A program made the translations under genes and the position numbers. From Octopus vulgaris (Eukaryota), in NCBI GenBank assembly GCA_951406725.2, contig OX597822.1:56420001-56484000 (forward strand): 64,000 bases of DNA, read 5' to 3'. Below the pieces are notes generated by a model. The model was not told the DNA's origin. It did not search any database and saw only the letters and a program-made list of their open reading frames with translations. Below, one piece after another: positions 28,109 to 41,479 of the stretch. Positions within the stretch are counted from its first letter, which is position 1; each line of letters begins with the position of its first letter.

Positions 28109-28340
28109 ACACTACAATTATGAATAATTGTATATTAAATTTCGAGATACTAGAAGGCATCATCTCAAATCAGTATCAGAGCGAGCTAAAGCCGTTACCA
28201 GTATCACCAAATTCAAAGTGTGAATGAAAGTTTGTGTCACCAACCCCTTCCCACCCGCGTGTAGCCAAGACAAGATGTGTTTTACAGCGTAAGGGAGATA
28301 ACCGTTATTAAGCCGCTTTTTTCATTCTAAAGGTAAATCG

Positions 28341-29510
28341 ATGTATTTTAAAGATAGTTACACTAAAAATAAGGCAACTACTAGCAAAACTATTTGGTTG
28401 ATTATTCCTTATGGGAAACAAATTAAGTCTAGTCTTCCTTTCCAGTTTCGGGAAGCTATTATTAGGAATTTTCCAAAGAATTCTAGGTATTACTCGATTA
28501 TCAACTCGCACGCAGTTAGGATTAGTTTTTCTAATACAAAAAGCCTTTCAAAAATTATCTCTTCACATAATATTAGTATGTTAAATAAGAATCCAATTAC
28601 AGAAAATAATAACATTAATTTAGCTAATAATAACCATCCCCCTAGAAATATTAACAACAAGGTTATTGTCTCTAAAGTCAATTCCAACAGAATTAAGTTT
28701 ATGTCTGGTAGTTCTAAGACTAAAAACTCTATGTACCAGTGTAAAATTACTTCCTGTACCGATGTCTTTTTTTATAAAGGTAGTTCTTCTCAGTTGTCTA
28801 AAATGATTTCTAATCATTACTATACATTTAGGGATAGTAATAAAAAGCAACTGTACAAGGCTTAGTAAAATAATTTGGTGTCTAAAAGACCATAATAAAC
28901 AGTTCAATTTAGATTAGTTGATTCTCTCCATTTCATCCCCATATGATAAAGGTAAAGAATTCTGCCAACTCTGAAATAGTGAACTATTTTCTATTTTATT
29001 TTCTAAGAATCCCCTTGTAAACACGTTCATAGAACCTGCTTATTGATGTAAACATTGGCAGTAACATACCTTTGGTTCATACAAGTGATATCTACCATTC
29101 TATATAATATGAACATGGATTTTCTTCTAACATTTGCTTCCACTAGATATAACTATTTCCAAGCACTTAAGCTTTTATCTTAATTCACATATCACTCTAT
29201 ATTTTTCCTTTATTTTTCTGCTTATTTCTTTCCTTTACCCCTTCCCTTTCGATAGACTACCTTTGACGTTATATATTCTACCGTTTTTTTTTTAAAACTT
29301 AATACCCTTCCGTTCATCATTATACACATCCATCACATTCTGTTAAAATGTCTTATTGATGAGTTTGGTTTCTTTCTTTCTTCCCCTGATGAGAAGATTA
29401 CATTGTTTTACACCATTTTATTCCTTTGGAATAATACCAATGTTGTCTTCGAAACATATGTCGGAAGTAAAAGAATTTGATTAATACCTGCGTTTAACTC
29501 CATTTATATA
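28341..29510 (+). mobile_element. Degenerate Penelope-like GIY-YIG remnant with pseudo-LTR
   Basis: IWLIIPYG...IINSHAVRISFS...MYQCKITS...FFYKGSSS, followed by a hammerhead at 29380-29467. Confidence 0.75.
29380..29467 (+). ncRNA. Type I hammerhead ribozyme
   Basis: CTTCC(C)-CTGATGA-GAAGA...TCTTC-GAAA-CATATG-TC-GGAAG. Confidence 0.75.
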
Positions 29511-29549
29511 TACATATATATATATATGTGTGTGTGTGTGCGTGTGTGT

Positions 29550-29606
<57 letters not shown>

Positions 29607-29703
29607 TTGTATGTATGTATGTATTATTTTAATAATAAAAGATATAATAATTTTACCAGGTAGCCAGTGGGGAAATAAAAACCTTATAGGTAAATTTTAC
29701 AAG

Positions 29704-30091
29704 ATATTTTATAATTATATACATAATTATAACAAGGAGTCGGCTTTATGCCTCACCACGCACCGTAAGAAAGAGACGCTAAAATCTCTTTTACTACCTT
29801 AAAATCTGCGAGAATAACACATTTTATTGTAGGCAAGCGAAAGAAAAATAATGAATCAGTAAGGTTGATTAACTATAAACGCGTTTCGAACTTAAAAGTT
29901 TTAAGTTCGAAACGCGTCCATAGTTAATCAGCCTTATTGATTCATTACTTTTTTTGCTTGCCCACAACAAAATGTGTTATTCTCGGAGATTTTAAGGTAA
30001 TAAAAAAAATTTTAGAGTCTATTTCTTACAGTGCGCAGTAAGGCATAAAGCTGACCACTTGTTATAATTATGTATATAATTATAAAATATT
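29704..30091. repeat. Imperfect fold-back palindrome, arms about 190 bp, almost no spacer
   Basis: Centre GCGTTTCGAACTTAAAAGTTTTAAGTTCGAAACGCG; arms are reverse-complementary with scattered mismatches. Confidence 0.9.
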
Positions 30092-30205
30092 ATATATATA
30101 TATATGTAGATTCTATTAAATTTTGAAAATAGAATGTATTTTAATAAACACCTACTTTACAATTATTTAAAGCGTGTATACATTTTTGGGGTACACCCTG
30201 TTTTT

Positions 30206-30250
<45 letters not shown>

Positions 30251-30657
30251 GTGTGTGTGTGTGTGTGTGTGTGTATGTGAGATAAGAGGAATAATTCAGG
30301 TTGGACAATGGTTTGAATATCGACAACAAAAGTAACATCAAATGCTTTAGCAGGTACATTCCTAATTTACTGTAGTAAGCTTCTTTTCGAAAGTGCCTAA
30401 GCCAGTGCCATTTACCAATTAAATTAAGTCCTAATGAAATAAAGAAAGAATCTGAAAAAATCAAGAATTTTTCCGAAATTCACGTCATTAATTAAAAGAT
30501 GGAGCTGATTATGTTTATTGCGATAGAAATACGTGTGCCCAACTGTCCTTTTCTCTCGAGACAGTCAGATTATCTTTTCTTAAGAACATAATCAGAAAGA
30601 TGATTTCAATATAACAAAAATGTTTTCTGAATGGTGTAACATATACCGTTTTTCATC

Positions 30658-30771
<114 letters not shown>

Positions 30772-30872
30772 TGTGTGTGTCTGTGTGTGTGTGTGCGTGT
30801 GTGTGTGTATGTGTGTGCGTGCGTGTCTGTGTGTATCTGTGTCTGTGCGTGTGTGTGTGTGTAAAAGATAAC

Positions 30873-31119
30873 AAGTTTTGAATGGTACAACAATGCACTA
30901 TAATACATAAAATGGACTATACACCTGTTGTAATTTAGTTATCCATAGCCCGATCATATTTCGGAATAAAATTCCTTCTTCAGATATTTTTAGATGGAGT
31001 CGCTGCTATAATCGGTTTTCCAACGGCTTTTCCTTTTTCCGAAACAAGGATAACTAAATTACAACAGGTATATAGTCCATTTTATGTATTATAGTGCATT
31101 GTTGTACCATTCAAAACTT
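30873..31119. repeat. Inverted repeat, 72-bp arms around a 103-bp spacer containing a hammerhead-like core
   Basis: 30873-30944 vs 31048-31119 are nearly identical. The spacer on the minus strand contains CTGAAGA-AGGAA..TTCC-GAAA. Confidence 0.85.
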
Positions 31120-31165
31120 TTTTATTCATTACAAACATAACACAATGCTTCAAGCGAACTACAGT

Positions 31166-31196
<31 letters not shown>

Positions 31197-31576
31197 CACT
31201 TGCGTCAGAAATTAATTAGCACTTCTCAAATTTCTACATTAAATAGGTTAAATCAATTAACCTACGAGCTGTTCAAAACGTCTTACGCGATGAGAAAACT
31301 TAGTATGGTGTGATTTCGGTCCTTGCGAGGCGCTACCTATATCTATTAAACAAAGGAAGATTTGTCTGCATCCGCACTCCAAGTTGTTGTTGCACTGCTA
31401 TGTCAGCATCATAAGGCTGTAGACTCTCAAACTGCTCTGCAAACAAAGTTACGTCATCGTTCTGCGCAACAGTGAACTCGCAACAAAGCAATAGTTCGAG
31501 ATATGGCCACTAGGTGACAGCACATACCTTGAGTGAAGAGCAAATCAAGGGTGCTAATTAATTTCTGACGGTTGTG
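31197..31576. mobile_element. Tc1-like MITE, copy 1
   Basis: TIRs CACTTGCGTCAGAAATTAATTAGCAC / GTGCTAATTAATTTCTGACGGTTGTG; nearly identical to 40671-41047. Confidence 0.88.
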
Positions 31577-32230
31577 TTTAGAATTAAAGTTTATGTAGGA
31601 TATTTTAAGGTGTAGTTTCTAAACCTTGTTATGTTAATGTCCCTATGTCCCTGGTAGTGTACCTGCAGAGCACGTTCACAACTTGCGGCAACCAGATGTC
31701 ATCTGGGGAAGTGCATTTCGGTGCTGGACATACGTAATTTCTCGGTGCACGTTGAGTGTATTCTAAATTATTAATACGGAAAACGGAGTGTCTGGAATCT
31801 TTATTTAGGATAATAAAGCTCCTAGTAGATGCCGTCTACAGAATATGCAGTCTTGCTTATCCTTATAAATGATTTCCTCTTATTTTACAATTCCATACAG
31901 CATATTTTTAAGAGTGTTACGAACTACGCGTGTTTCCACTGCACAAGGTACGGGCAGTTGCCCAAGCAACTGGGCATGATTTTCTGTACAGCTTCTTCAG
32001 GGTCTGTCCATTTGGCTAGTTATATCTGTCAGTGAAGATGTCTCTCTTCGGGTGATTACAAGGTGGATCTCGTTAAAGTAACGATTGTTCCTCTAGATAT
32101 ACCATTGGTTTGTGCATAGAAAAGAAGCACATTTAAGGATAGTACTTCATTTTTATAGAAGATCGATAATAAACAATAGATTCAAATAGAAACAAATATA
32201 CCACAAAAAAGTATCTATTATTTACTATAT

Positions 32231-32294
<64 letters not shown>

Positions 32295-32859
32295 AAAAAA
32301 GACATGATAGAAAATGCTAAAATAATTTTATAAAAAACATTTCAGTACCGGTTTCAGTCACTGAGACTTTTTCAAGTGTAACAATTAAACAATTAAATTT
32401 TGAAAAATGAAAAGAAAAGTTTATATTTTAAAAGAATATTTGTATAGTGTTCGAATACAAGTGGCATCTTCCTTGTTTCCGCCAGTCTCTGTCTCTCTTG
32501 TTTACTCTTGTGGGTTCGAGGTCGTTGTGAATTCTTGGTAGGGAAGAAGAAGAAGAAGAAGAAGAAGAAGAAGAAGAAGAAGAAGAAGGAAGAGGAGGAG
32601 GAGGAGGAGGAGAAGGAGAAGGAGGAGGAGGAGGAGGAGAAGGAGAAGGAGAAGAAGAAGAAGAATATATAATTTATATTACAAATAAGAAAATGGAGAA
32701 GCACATTAGTTGGTTCATCAGCTTTAGGACATTAAAATGTTGACTTATTTATCTATCAAAACGACAACCATAATAGCATACATACAGTATTTTATTCAAT
32801 GCTTATATGATAAGAATACAAATAGTTATTAAAAAACATGAATATAAATTATTAAAATC

Positions 32860-32981
32860 ACTTACAGCTGTTTCAGCCTATGGATAATAGCAACTCTTTA
32901 TGCCTATATTAGTCACGTGTATTGACGTGGTAGGCAATTGAAAATGTGGTACTTATATATATCCCTAGGCATCGTCAGAGA
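32860..32981 (-). ncRNA. Hammerhead motif with long stem II insertion
   Basis: CT-CTGACGA-TGCCTA...TAGGC-TGAAA-CAGCTG-TA-AG; stem I is short. Confidence 0.55.
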
Positions 32982-33035
32982 TTATAAAGTACAATCAAAA
33001 ATATAAATATATATATGAACCAAAATACACGCACA

Positions 33036-33086
<51 letters not shown>

Positions 33087-33247
33087 CATACATACATAAA
33101 CACATATATGCACATATACGCGTACATAAATATATAAATAGATATAATTTACATACATACAAGCATATACACAATTAATTATATATACTGGAACGTACAT
33201 ATACATCCACATCCATGAGTACACATATAATATTTAATTATTACTAA

Positions 33248-33317
<70 letters not shown>

Positions 33318-33552
33318 TGATTATGTGTACTCTTCACTTCACAATGCATAGTATAAGAAATTCATAAATAGAATATACTATAATATAATATAAACAGATA
33401 TTTATGAAAGATGTAAGCTTATTAATTTTAAAATCACAGTCAATGTTCATATTATCATATTCATATATCATACAGTTAATATAGAGTTATTACATTATTA
33501 TTCTGCATACACATATGTACATGCGTGTGGGCAACAAATACATGCACATGCA

Positions 33553-33873
33553 TAAGGGTAAAGACCCCCTTCGGTCATGAATGACCATGGGATTGCACCT
33601 AGAAAGTTACCCTCCTAGACACAAGTCCGGGCTAGGTTGTTTATGGAAGACCAGCAGTCGCCCATGCATACCAGCCTCCTCTCCACGCCACAAGTGATAT
33701 CCAAGAGAAAGACAAAGGTCGATACAGCTTGGCACCAGTGACGTCGCAACTCATTTCTACAGCTGAGTGAACTGGAGCAACGTGAAATAAAGTGCTTTGC
33801 TCAAGAACACAACACGCAGCCCGGTCCGGGATTCGAGCTCACAACCTCACGATCGTAAGCTCGACGCTCTAAC

Positions 33874-33878
<5 letters not shown>
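33553..33878 (-). mobile_element. tRNA-derived SINE, family 4
   Basis: Minus-strand head AGTGGTTAGAGCGTCGAGC...GCTCGAATCCCGG, then GTGTTCTTGAGCAAAGCACTTTATTTCAC core. Related pieces at 27683-27725 and about 60040-60312. Confidence 0.7.
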
Positions 33879-33919
<41 letters not shown>

Positions 33920-33944
33920 GTACAAATATACACCAATACCTATA

Positions 33945-34200
33945 TGAATGTCCCCTAAATGATTCTGAAAACTACTGAAGGAGCAAAGCTCTTCGATCTT
34001 CTCTGATGTCTGAAGGAGCAAAGCTCTTCGATCTTCTCTGATGTGATTTTTGCAATGTGGGGTCGCGCATTGTCCTGATGAAACATCACTCCTTTTCAAA
34101 TCACTAAAGCGGGTCTTTCTTTTCTGCAAACGCTCTAATTGGTGACAGTAGACTTGAGCATTGATTGGCAAAGTATGAGTAGTGTCTTCACAACATAAAT
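33945..34200 (-). mobile_element. Mariner transposase remnant
   Basis: INAQVYCHQLERL and GVMFHQDNARPH across a frameshift. Confidence 0.7.
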
Positions 34201-34268
34201 ATCTAAGTAATATTCAGATATATATAATTGACACACATACACACACACACACATATACATATATATAC

Positions 34269-34317
<49 letters not shown>

Positions 34318-34377
34318 CATACATATATATTATCTTTTTTCATTTAATAGATACAAAATACGAAAGATGCTAATGAT

Positions 34378-34383
34378 TTTACT
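34378..34383 (-). terminator. Putative variant polyadenylation signal AGTAAA of paralog B
   Basis: Sits at the position homologous to paralog C's AATAAA (atgattttactaatgagataa vs atgattttattaattagataa). An ATTAAA is also present at 34343-34348. Confidence 0.4.
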
Positions 34384-34437
34384 AATGAGATAAAGTGGCA
34401 ATATTAATACTGATTGAGGTAATTAACTCAAGTATCA

Positions 34438-34541
34438 TTAAAACAAAAATTTCTGAAACAACTTCAAAATGAAGAGAATGGCTGTGACAGACGTCAGAAT
34501 TTTCAACTGGAAAGTCCAATCATTCTGTGATTCACCGGCTA
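34438..34541 (-). CDS. Paralog B terminal coding exon, hydrophobic GPI-signal-like tail
   Basis: Acceptor ttccctcttatttttcAG at 34543-34542 is phase-1 compatible. It reads (V)AGESQNDWTFQLKILTSVTAILFILKLFQKFLF* and is homologous to the exon at 60402-60508. Confidence 0.82.
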
Positions 34542-34889
34542 CTGAAAAATAAGAGGGAATGAATCAATAATCGTTAATTTTGTTATTGGGTTTATCATAT
34601 TGCAGTGATATGAGATAATTGTATATTGTGCTATATATAACTGCTGAAATCCAACCAATTACTCTCTTGGAGGACTTTGCTCTCAAAGGCTGTATTCTAA
34701 AGTGCCACCCTTAATGCCATGTGATGGAATTAAGAAACACCACATGGGTATAACAGACAACGATTTCAATGGAAGATTTCTGTAACACTTGTTCTACCTC
34801 ACGTTCAGGAGTAGGGAGAACAAAGAACCTTTTGAGACCTCTTTAATAGCATGCACTCTCTCCTGTAGTCATATTGTACATCATCGAGC

Positions 34890-35046
<157 letters not shown>

Positions 35047-35119
35047 TTACATGAAGCTAAATACTTTGCTGCTCTAACTATTAGATGTGTGCTTCTTTTT
35101 CGTATATATGATCCACTAA

Positions 35120-35169
<50 letters not shown>

Positions 35170-35509
35170 ACAAATTAATAAATAAAACATATGCATATAT
35201 ACATACATATATGTACGTACCTACATATATATGTATATATACATGCATATATGGGTACAGGACACCAAAAAACGTCGAACACAATGTGAAACGAAAACAT
35301 ACACACAAAACCAAGGAAATGGACATTTTTTCTTAAACAACAAAAAAATAGAGTACAAGACATACAACACAAGGAAAATTCCCCCTCTTCAGCCGCCTCT
35401 GTTTCATCTACTCCGCGTTTCGAAGGTAAAGGCGAGACACGATTTCGTTGAAACAGCTCTTCCTCAAAAGCAGGTTATATAAAATTTGCGATTTTATATA
35501 CAATATATG

Positions 35510-35727
35510 TGTGTGTGGGTGTGTTTGTCCCCCCAGCATCGCTTGACAACCGATGCTGGTGTGTTTACGTCCTCGTAACTTAGCGGTTCGGTAAAAAAGG
35601 CTGATAGGATAAGTACTAGGCTTACAAGGAATTAGTCCTGGGGTCGATTTGCTCGACTAAAAGCGGTGCTCCAGCATGGCCACAGTCAAAGGACTGAAAC
35701 AAGTAAAATAGTAAAAGAGTAAAGAGT
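35510..35727 (+). mobile_element. SINE family 1, 3' half
   Basis: Matches 5030-5225. Confidence 0.8.
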
Positions 35728-36045
35728 AATTTAAGTAATTTATTGTTAAATACGATAAAATAAGTGATTTGCCTGTTTGTCATAATATTAGGGTTTTACT
35801 TTTGTTAATATTAGTTTCTCTACATATTTTTCTGCTATTTTTGATTTAATACACCCTGATGTTTCTCTTTCGTATATTACTATATACTCTATATGGTTTT
35901 TACAATGAAACAGACCATATGTGTACTACAGGATTACTTGAATCCATAAATTGTGATTTAAATATATATATATATTTATTTATATATACACACACATATA
36001 CATACACACAAATGCGCGCACGCGCACACGCAAACACACACACAT

Positions 36046-36089
<44 letters not shown>

Positions 36090-36889
36090 ACGCAGATTTG
36101 TGTCACTTAGCCAGGTGGATGCGATAGCCTCTTCGAGCTAATTAACGGCAACATTCGTCCAATTACTCTGGACTGCCACGTTAGCTTGGCGATAAATAAT
36201 AATGCCCAGTACTGCTGCGGTATCTCTCCTTTAGAGAGATTTAGAAATTATATATATATATCAAAGGTAAATTTCCCAAAATGGTTCGAAGGGATATATA
36301 ATCCAAGCATGTACCATGGTCGCTCTTTATCTGTTAACAATGTTGGCTAACTTCAGTGAATATTAGTTGAGTTTACTATACTCAGTTAATCCTCACTTAG
36401 ATGAATCCAAATGTCCTGATGGCGATTACATAGTGCCAGTAAAGAAGAAATAGTAAATTAATAAATAACAAGAGAACAGACATTTAACACATCCAAGTTT
36501 TATTATACAGTTAATCACATCTTTCTTTATCAGAACCTACGCGCATATCTGCTGCAATCTGGTGCACACTGCAAAGTGTACAACTTAGTGCTAATTATAG
36601 CCACTGCTTCATCGGGATGCAAAATAATTGATAATCAGATATCATTTGAATATATTATAAGCACAACCAAAATTCTTCTTTTGTTTGGTGTTAGCGTTAC
36701 TAGAAATAATCACATGTATTTTTTCATGAACTTTTTAACTAGCTCAATAATCTCGCCGGTAAGGAATACTTTCTACTGTCCTGAAATTACGTCAACACTC
36801 ACAAATGTTTTCAGATTCTAGTTCTTATTCTACTTTAACATTCTCGCAATGTGGAATTGTTCTTTTTTTTATTTTTCGATGTATCAAGT

Positions 36890-36949
<60 letters not shown>

Positions 36950-36997
36950 AGGTAGTGGTGGTGGTGGTGGTGGTAGTAGTAGTAGTAGTAGTAATTA

Positions 36998-37029
<32 letters not shown>

Positions 37030-37239
37030 AGCTATGGATCTGTGATTTATTCGCTAATTTTAGAATTAATCTAATATTTTTCTTGCAGTTAATTTTGTTC
37101 AACTTAGACTATATTTTCAACTCTTTACTATCAACCTTAATTTATGTATGAGTTTTGATTTATTTAGGTTCTTTTTTAGTAATGGTTTACTTAATTCTAA
37201 TTCTAATTTTAGTAGTACGTATCATACATTTATTTAAAT

Positions 37240-37930
37240 GTTAAATGTATACTTCGATTGAGGAACACATCTGAGTGTACTTTCCTATCTGTGGTTAATT
37301 AATTTATATTTTGGTGTAAAAATTTGATAAATTTCTTCACCGCACAATTCTTTTGCTTCCTCTACTATATGGGTTGGCTATACTAATTATCTTCCAGTTA
37401 ATTGTATATGCTTTATTATTATCTTTTATCGACGAAATTAATTTACTCAAACTCGTGTTATTTTTCTTATTTCTATCCCTAAACGAAAGTTCATGATTAG
37501 CTATTCTGCGTTTAATAAATGTCTCGCTAGTACCGATGTAGAAATATACTTGTCCGTCAGAAATTACCTTACACGTGTACATTGTTTCTATTCTAACGGG
37601 CATAATTTATTTGTTGTGCAATCACATATCTCTAACTCTACTTTCTTTATCTCTATTTTCCACTTGCTCATTTATATTCCTACAATTATTCTTTTTATGT
37701 TCTAATTTATTTATCCGTTTTGACTATCGAGATTTTGTGTATTACTTTCCGTTATAATTTTTTAGTTAGTACTCACTACATTTCTGTCATTAATTTTTCT
37801 GTTGTTATGCATTTGGTTACTATCTCTGTTTTGAATAATTACTCTCTCATTGCTGCTCTTTCTAGCGTGCGTGATTATCTGTCCAGATACCATCATATGG
37901 TTCTTATTAGTTATTTCTTTTGTTCTAGAT
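37240..37930 (-). mobile_element. Penelope-like GIY-YIG remnant in the last intron of paralog B
   Basis: MYTCKVIS...YFYIGTSETFIKRRIANHELSF...INWKIISIANPY. Confidence 0.8.
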
Positions 37931-38096
37931 AATCTCCTGATATTTATTAATTTATATGTGTGTATATGTGTATATGCATGCATATGTACACATGTGTATG
38001 TGAGTGTGTGTGTTTTGTGCTGTGTGTTGTGTGTTGTATGTACTCATGAATATGTGACAACAAAGAAGATGAAAAGGAAGAAATATGGGAAGTTAC

Positions 38097-38281
38097 CTGG
38101 GCAAGAAGGTTCCTTTAATTGCGGGAGAAGATCTGACCAAAAACTGCATATACTGTACAGAGAAGTCTCCTTAGACGCCATCCTTGGTTTTTCATCAATT
38201 ACAAGATATTTCTGGCTTTCTGGTGTGTACTTTGACCATGGTTCAGATGAGCAATCAGAACAATCTCCATTATTAGGATTA
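38097..38281 (-). CDS. Paralog B coding exon 2 (185 bp)
   Basis: Not in the ORF track. Acceptor ttttctctAG|T completes the phase-2 Gly codon. It reads NPNNGDCSDCSSEPWSKYTPESQKYLVIDEKPRMASKETSLYSICSFWSDLLPQLKEPSCP, matching the cholinesterase G-NPN...W..Y....YL...C.FW...LP.L C-terminal region. It ends at a phase-1 donor G|GTAACT. Confidence 0.9.
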
Positions 38282-38719
38282 CTAGAGAAAATAAAGTGGT
38301 ATCATTTTAGGTAATTAAAAATAGATATTTTGTTGAAAACTTTAGAATGTAAGACATGATGTCTCGCAGTAACTCTATACGCCCCATTATTGTTTGTATT
38401 CATAATCATGTCAAGATCAACTTCACCTGTCATTTTACCTGGATAGGTAACATAATATTCAAGTACCAAGATCGATTTTATCTATTATATCCTTACCTCA
38501 AATAAGTAGCCATGTGCCAATTTTAGAACAGGTCACAGGTGTCAAGTAAAAGTTGGGAGATGACAAAATTAGTTGTGTTTGATTAAAACTCTTTGAGGTG
38601 ATTAATCCCATTATTTTCTTAATCTACAATAATAAACAAATTCAATTTATCCTTATATATATTCTCGTGGACTATAAACTAAGAATTTGTGTAATACTGG
38701 CATAAATTTGATTGATCCT

Positions 38720-41400
38720 ACTCCTCGGCAGCTAAGTTGGTGGTCCTGGATGTAAGCAGCAGGGAAGGGGTGCCGTCAGATTAGTAACTTTTCATGCTCC
38801 AACAGGGGAGGGACAGCAGGATTTCATCAGGTACTTAGAGGTTTCGCTAGGAGTGTCCCGCCCTTTAGTCATAGCAGGCGACTGAAAGAGCTTATTCGAT
38901 GTACTTTGGATTAGAAAAAGGTACCTGATATGAGAACAGCTTGTGAAAGCCTCGCAATCCTGTCAGACTTTTGTAGTTGTCTAGCAAGTGCGAACTGGAT
39001 TATCTGAATACACTAATACAGGGACAAATCGCATCAGGTCATCTAGGTCGTATGTAGATAGAGTATTATGTTGGCCAGTAAATAACGACTGCACAGGTTG
39101 TCCACATTTTAATATCATCATCCACACAGACCACAAATTTATTATCTGTACGGTCAACCTAGAGAGCTTTAGCAGACAGAGTCTCAGTTAATGGAAGCTG
39201 AAGGCATCACTCCCGGGGAGCCAATCTTACAGGGAACTGATTAGCGAATTAGTAATGTGGGCAGTGATGGTGTCAATAAGCCATAACAACCGGTGGTTGG
39301 TCTTGTAAAGGGCGATTAGCGTGCAAGCTCGTAGCGATAGAAAAATATAATAGAGGGCAACTTAGTAACTTAGGAGAGGCACTTAGGGGAGCTATCGTAA
39401 CCGACGTTCTCTGGAGAGATTGACCCTCGACCAATTCATCAACACAAAGCACGAATGTTGCATTGAGAGAGCTAAGGAATGAAGCCGATTGGTAATCCCA
39501 AGTGTCGGAGGTACAATGTAGCAACATATCTTCAATATTGATTTTAGTAGATCCTAATTGTTGTGTTCCTCGAGTCCAAGCAGATGTGTGCAGCATTTCA
39601 ATAGCACTTCGGCCGATTGTTCGGAACGAATGGCAGGGTAGAGGGAAGGGTGAAGCTCAGGGCCTACTTCGGTGTTCTACCACAGCTCTCGGCAAGATAG
39701 GTGGAGTGATGTGAAAAACTGATAACAGTCGCGGAAATACGGGAAGCGGTGATTGGCTGCACGAGGTTGGGGTGCAATTCATTTGTTTGGATGGTCTGCC
39801 CAACGAGATTTATTTTTATATTCCAAACTTGTTTGGAGGCCAGTTGGCAGATAACTACCGAGACAGGGAATCACATGGATAATTTTAGGGCCATAACTCA
39901 GCTAAACGCATATTTCAAAATTTTGTCCGAAATCTTAACAAAGAGGTTGGCGTTTATCGTCAATTGTCTGCTTAGTAATGCTCAGATGTTCCATCCTGAA
40001 CAGATTTATCCACAGGCTCCTCCTTCTGTAATACATAGTGAGAGTGGGTACAGACCCTGGCATAGGTATGTCCCTAATCATTTTCAAAAGCTTTCCATAG
40101 AGTCACCCAACAGCACTTGGTAGCTGCGGTCGGTTTCGGTCCTGTCTTCGAAGGTTGGATTGTCGCAACTTATAACAACATATACTCGGTAGTTAGAGTG
40201 AATGATCAGCTATCGTATCGCGTGCTCAGTCTGTCAAGCTTGTCTCTTCGGTGACTGACTCCTAAGTCCCAACTGCGGAAAATGGAGATGATAAGGTATA
40301 TCCCACGCAGACTGGGACGTGAGAGAACCGTATCGGTATGTGCAGATGACTTCATCGTGATAATGTCCGATACCAAGCACATCAAAGTTATCAGCACTGA
40401 TCTGAACAACTACGAGGCGCTGAGAGGAGCAAAACTCAACTAGTCAGGAAATGGCAGTGAGCCGGTAGATTGGAACCTGAAATGGCAAGTTCATGCCATC
40501 CAAAAGTACTAGATGGACGGATTGGTTAAATAGCGAGGTGCTTGGTTTGATCTAGATTTCCAGGTGGAAAAGAAATGGGACAAAATGACGAGTAAAGTGG
40601 CCAGTCTCACTCGGAAAAGGACTAAGAGAAAGCTATCTCGGGAAAGTTTAGAAGAGGTGGTAAACGCTTACACTTGCGTCAGAAATTAATTAGCACTTCT
40701 CAAATTTCTACATTAAATAGGTTAAATCAATTAACCTATGAGCTGTTCAAAACGTCTTACGCGATGAGAAAACTTAGTATGGTGTGATTTCGGTCCTTGC
40801 GAGGCGCTACCTATATCTATTAAACAAAGGAAGATTTGTCTGCATCCGCACTCCAATTTGTTGCACTGCTATGTCAACATCATAAGGCTGTAGACTCTCA
40901 AACTGCTCTGCAAACAAAGTTACGTCATCGTTCTGCGCAACAGTGAACTCGCAACAAAGCAATAGTTCGAGATATGGCCACTAGGTGACAGCACATACCT
41001 TGAGTGAAGAGCAAATCAAGGGTGCTAATTAATTTCTGACGGTAGTGTATATTGATTCAGCCATATATTACCTGTTGGTTGCCGTGCCTTAACCAAATTC
41101 AAGTCTGATAGCTCCGGAGTATCTGTTCTTCCCTTAATTGCGGAAGGTAGTGTTCCACTGGTTAAGTACTCCCTTTGCTGTCTGCACCCAACGAGCACGC
41201 TATGGGAAATGAAGCACAGACATATACCGAGGTGGTGACATCTCCAACCATTTCTTCCCGGTGAACAGGAGTGGTCACCGTTTGTCAGACTCGCATTTTC
41301 ACTATTCTTCTCATTGAGAGTGTAACAGACTTGATTCAAACAAAGATCAAGACGATATTTAGCAGCTGAAATGTCGTTAAACGCTCACAACCCTCCGCCA
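38720..41400 (+). mobile_element. Highly degenerate L1/Tx1-like LINE (APE and RT), split by a MITE
   Basis: SYVDRVL and HTDHKFI (APE C-terminal motifs), WKLKASL, NFRAITQLNAYFKILSEILTKRL (RT), VCADDF near 40340. Confidence 0.65.
40671..41047. mobile_element. Tc1-like MITE, copy 2, with TA target-site duplication
   Basis: TA|CACTTGCGTCAGAAATTAATTAGCAC...GTGCTAATTAATTTCTGACGGTAGTG|TA. Confidence 0.9.
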
Positions 41401-41479
41401 GTCAAGTAATGTGGTTCGCCGACGTTCCGCCACGGCGTTCTTCCGCTTCAAAACAGCCTGTTTAATAACATGGTGGTAA

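Noticed and set aside
31829-32160. Unique-looking sequence tested as a possible esterase exon
   Set aside because: The minus-strand frames checked are interrupted by stops and show no cholinesterase motifs.
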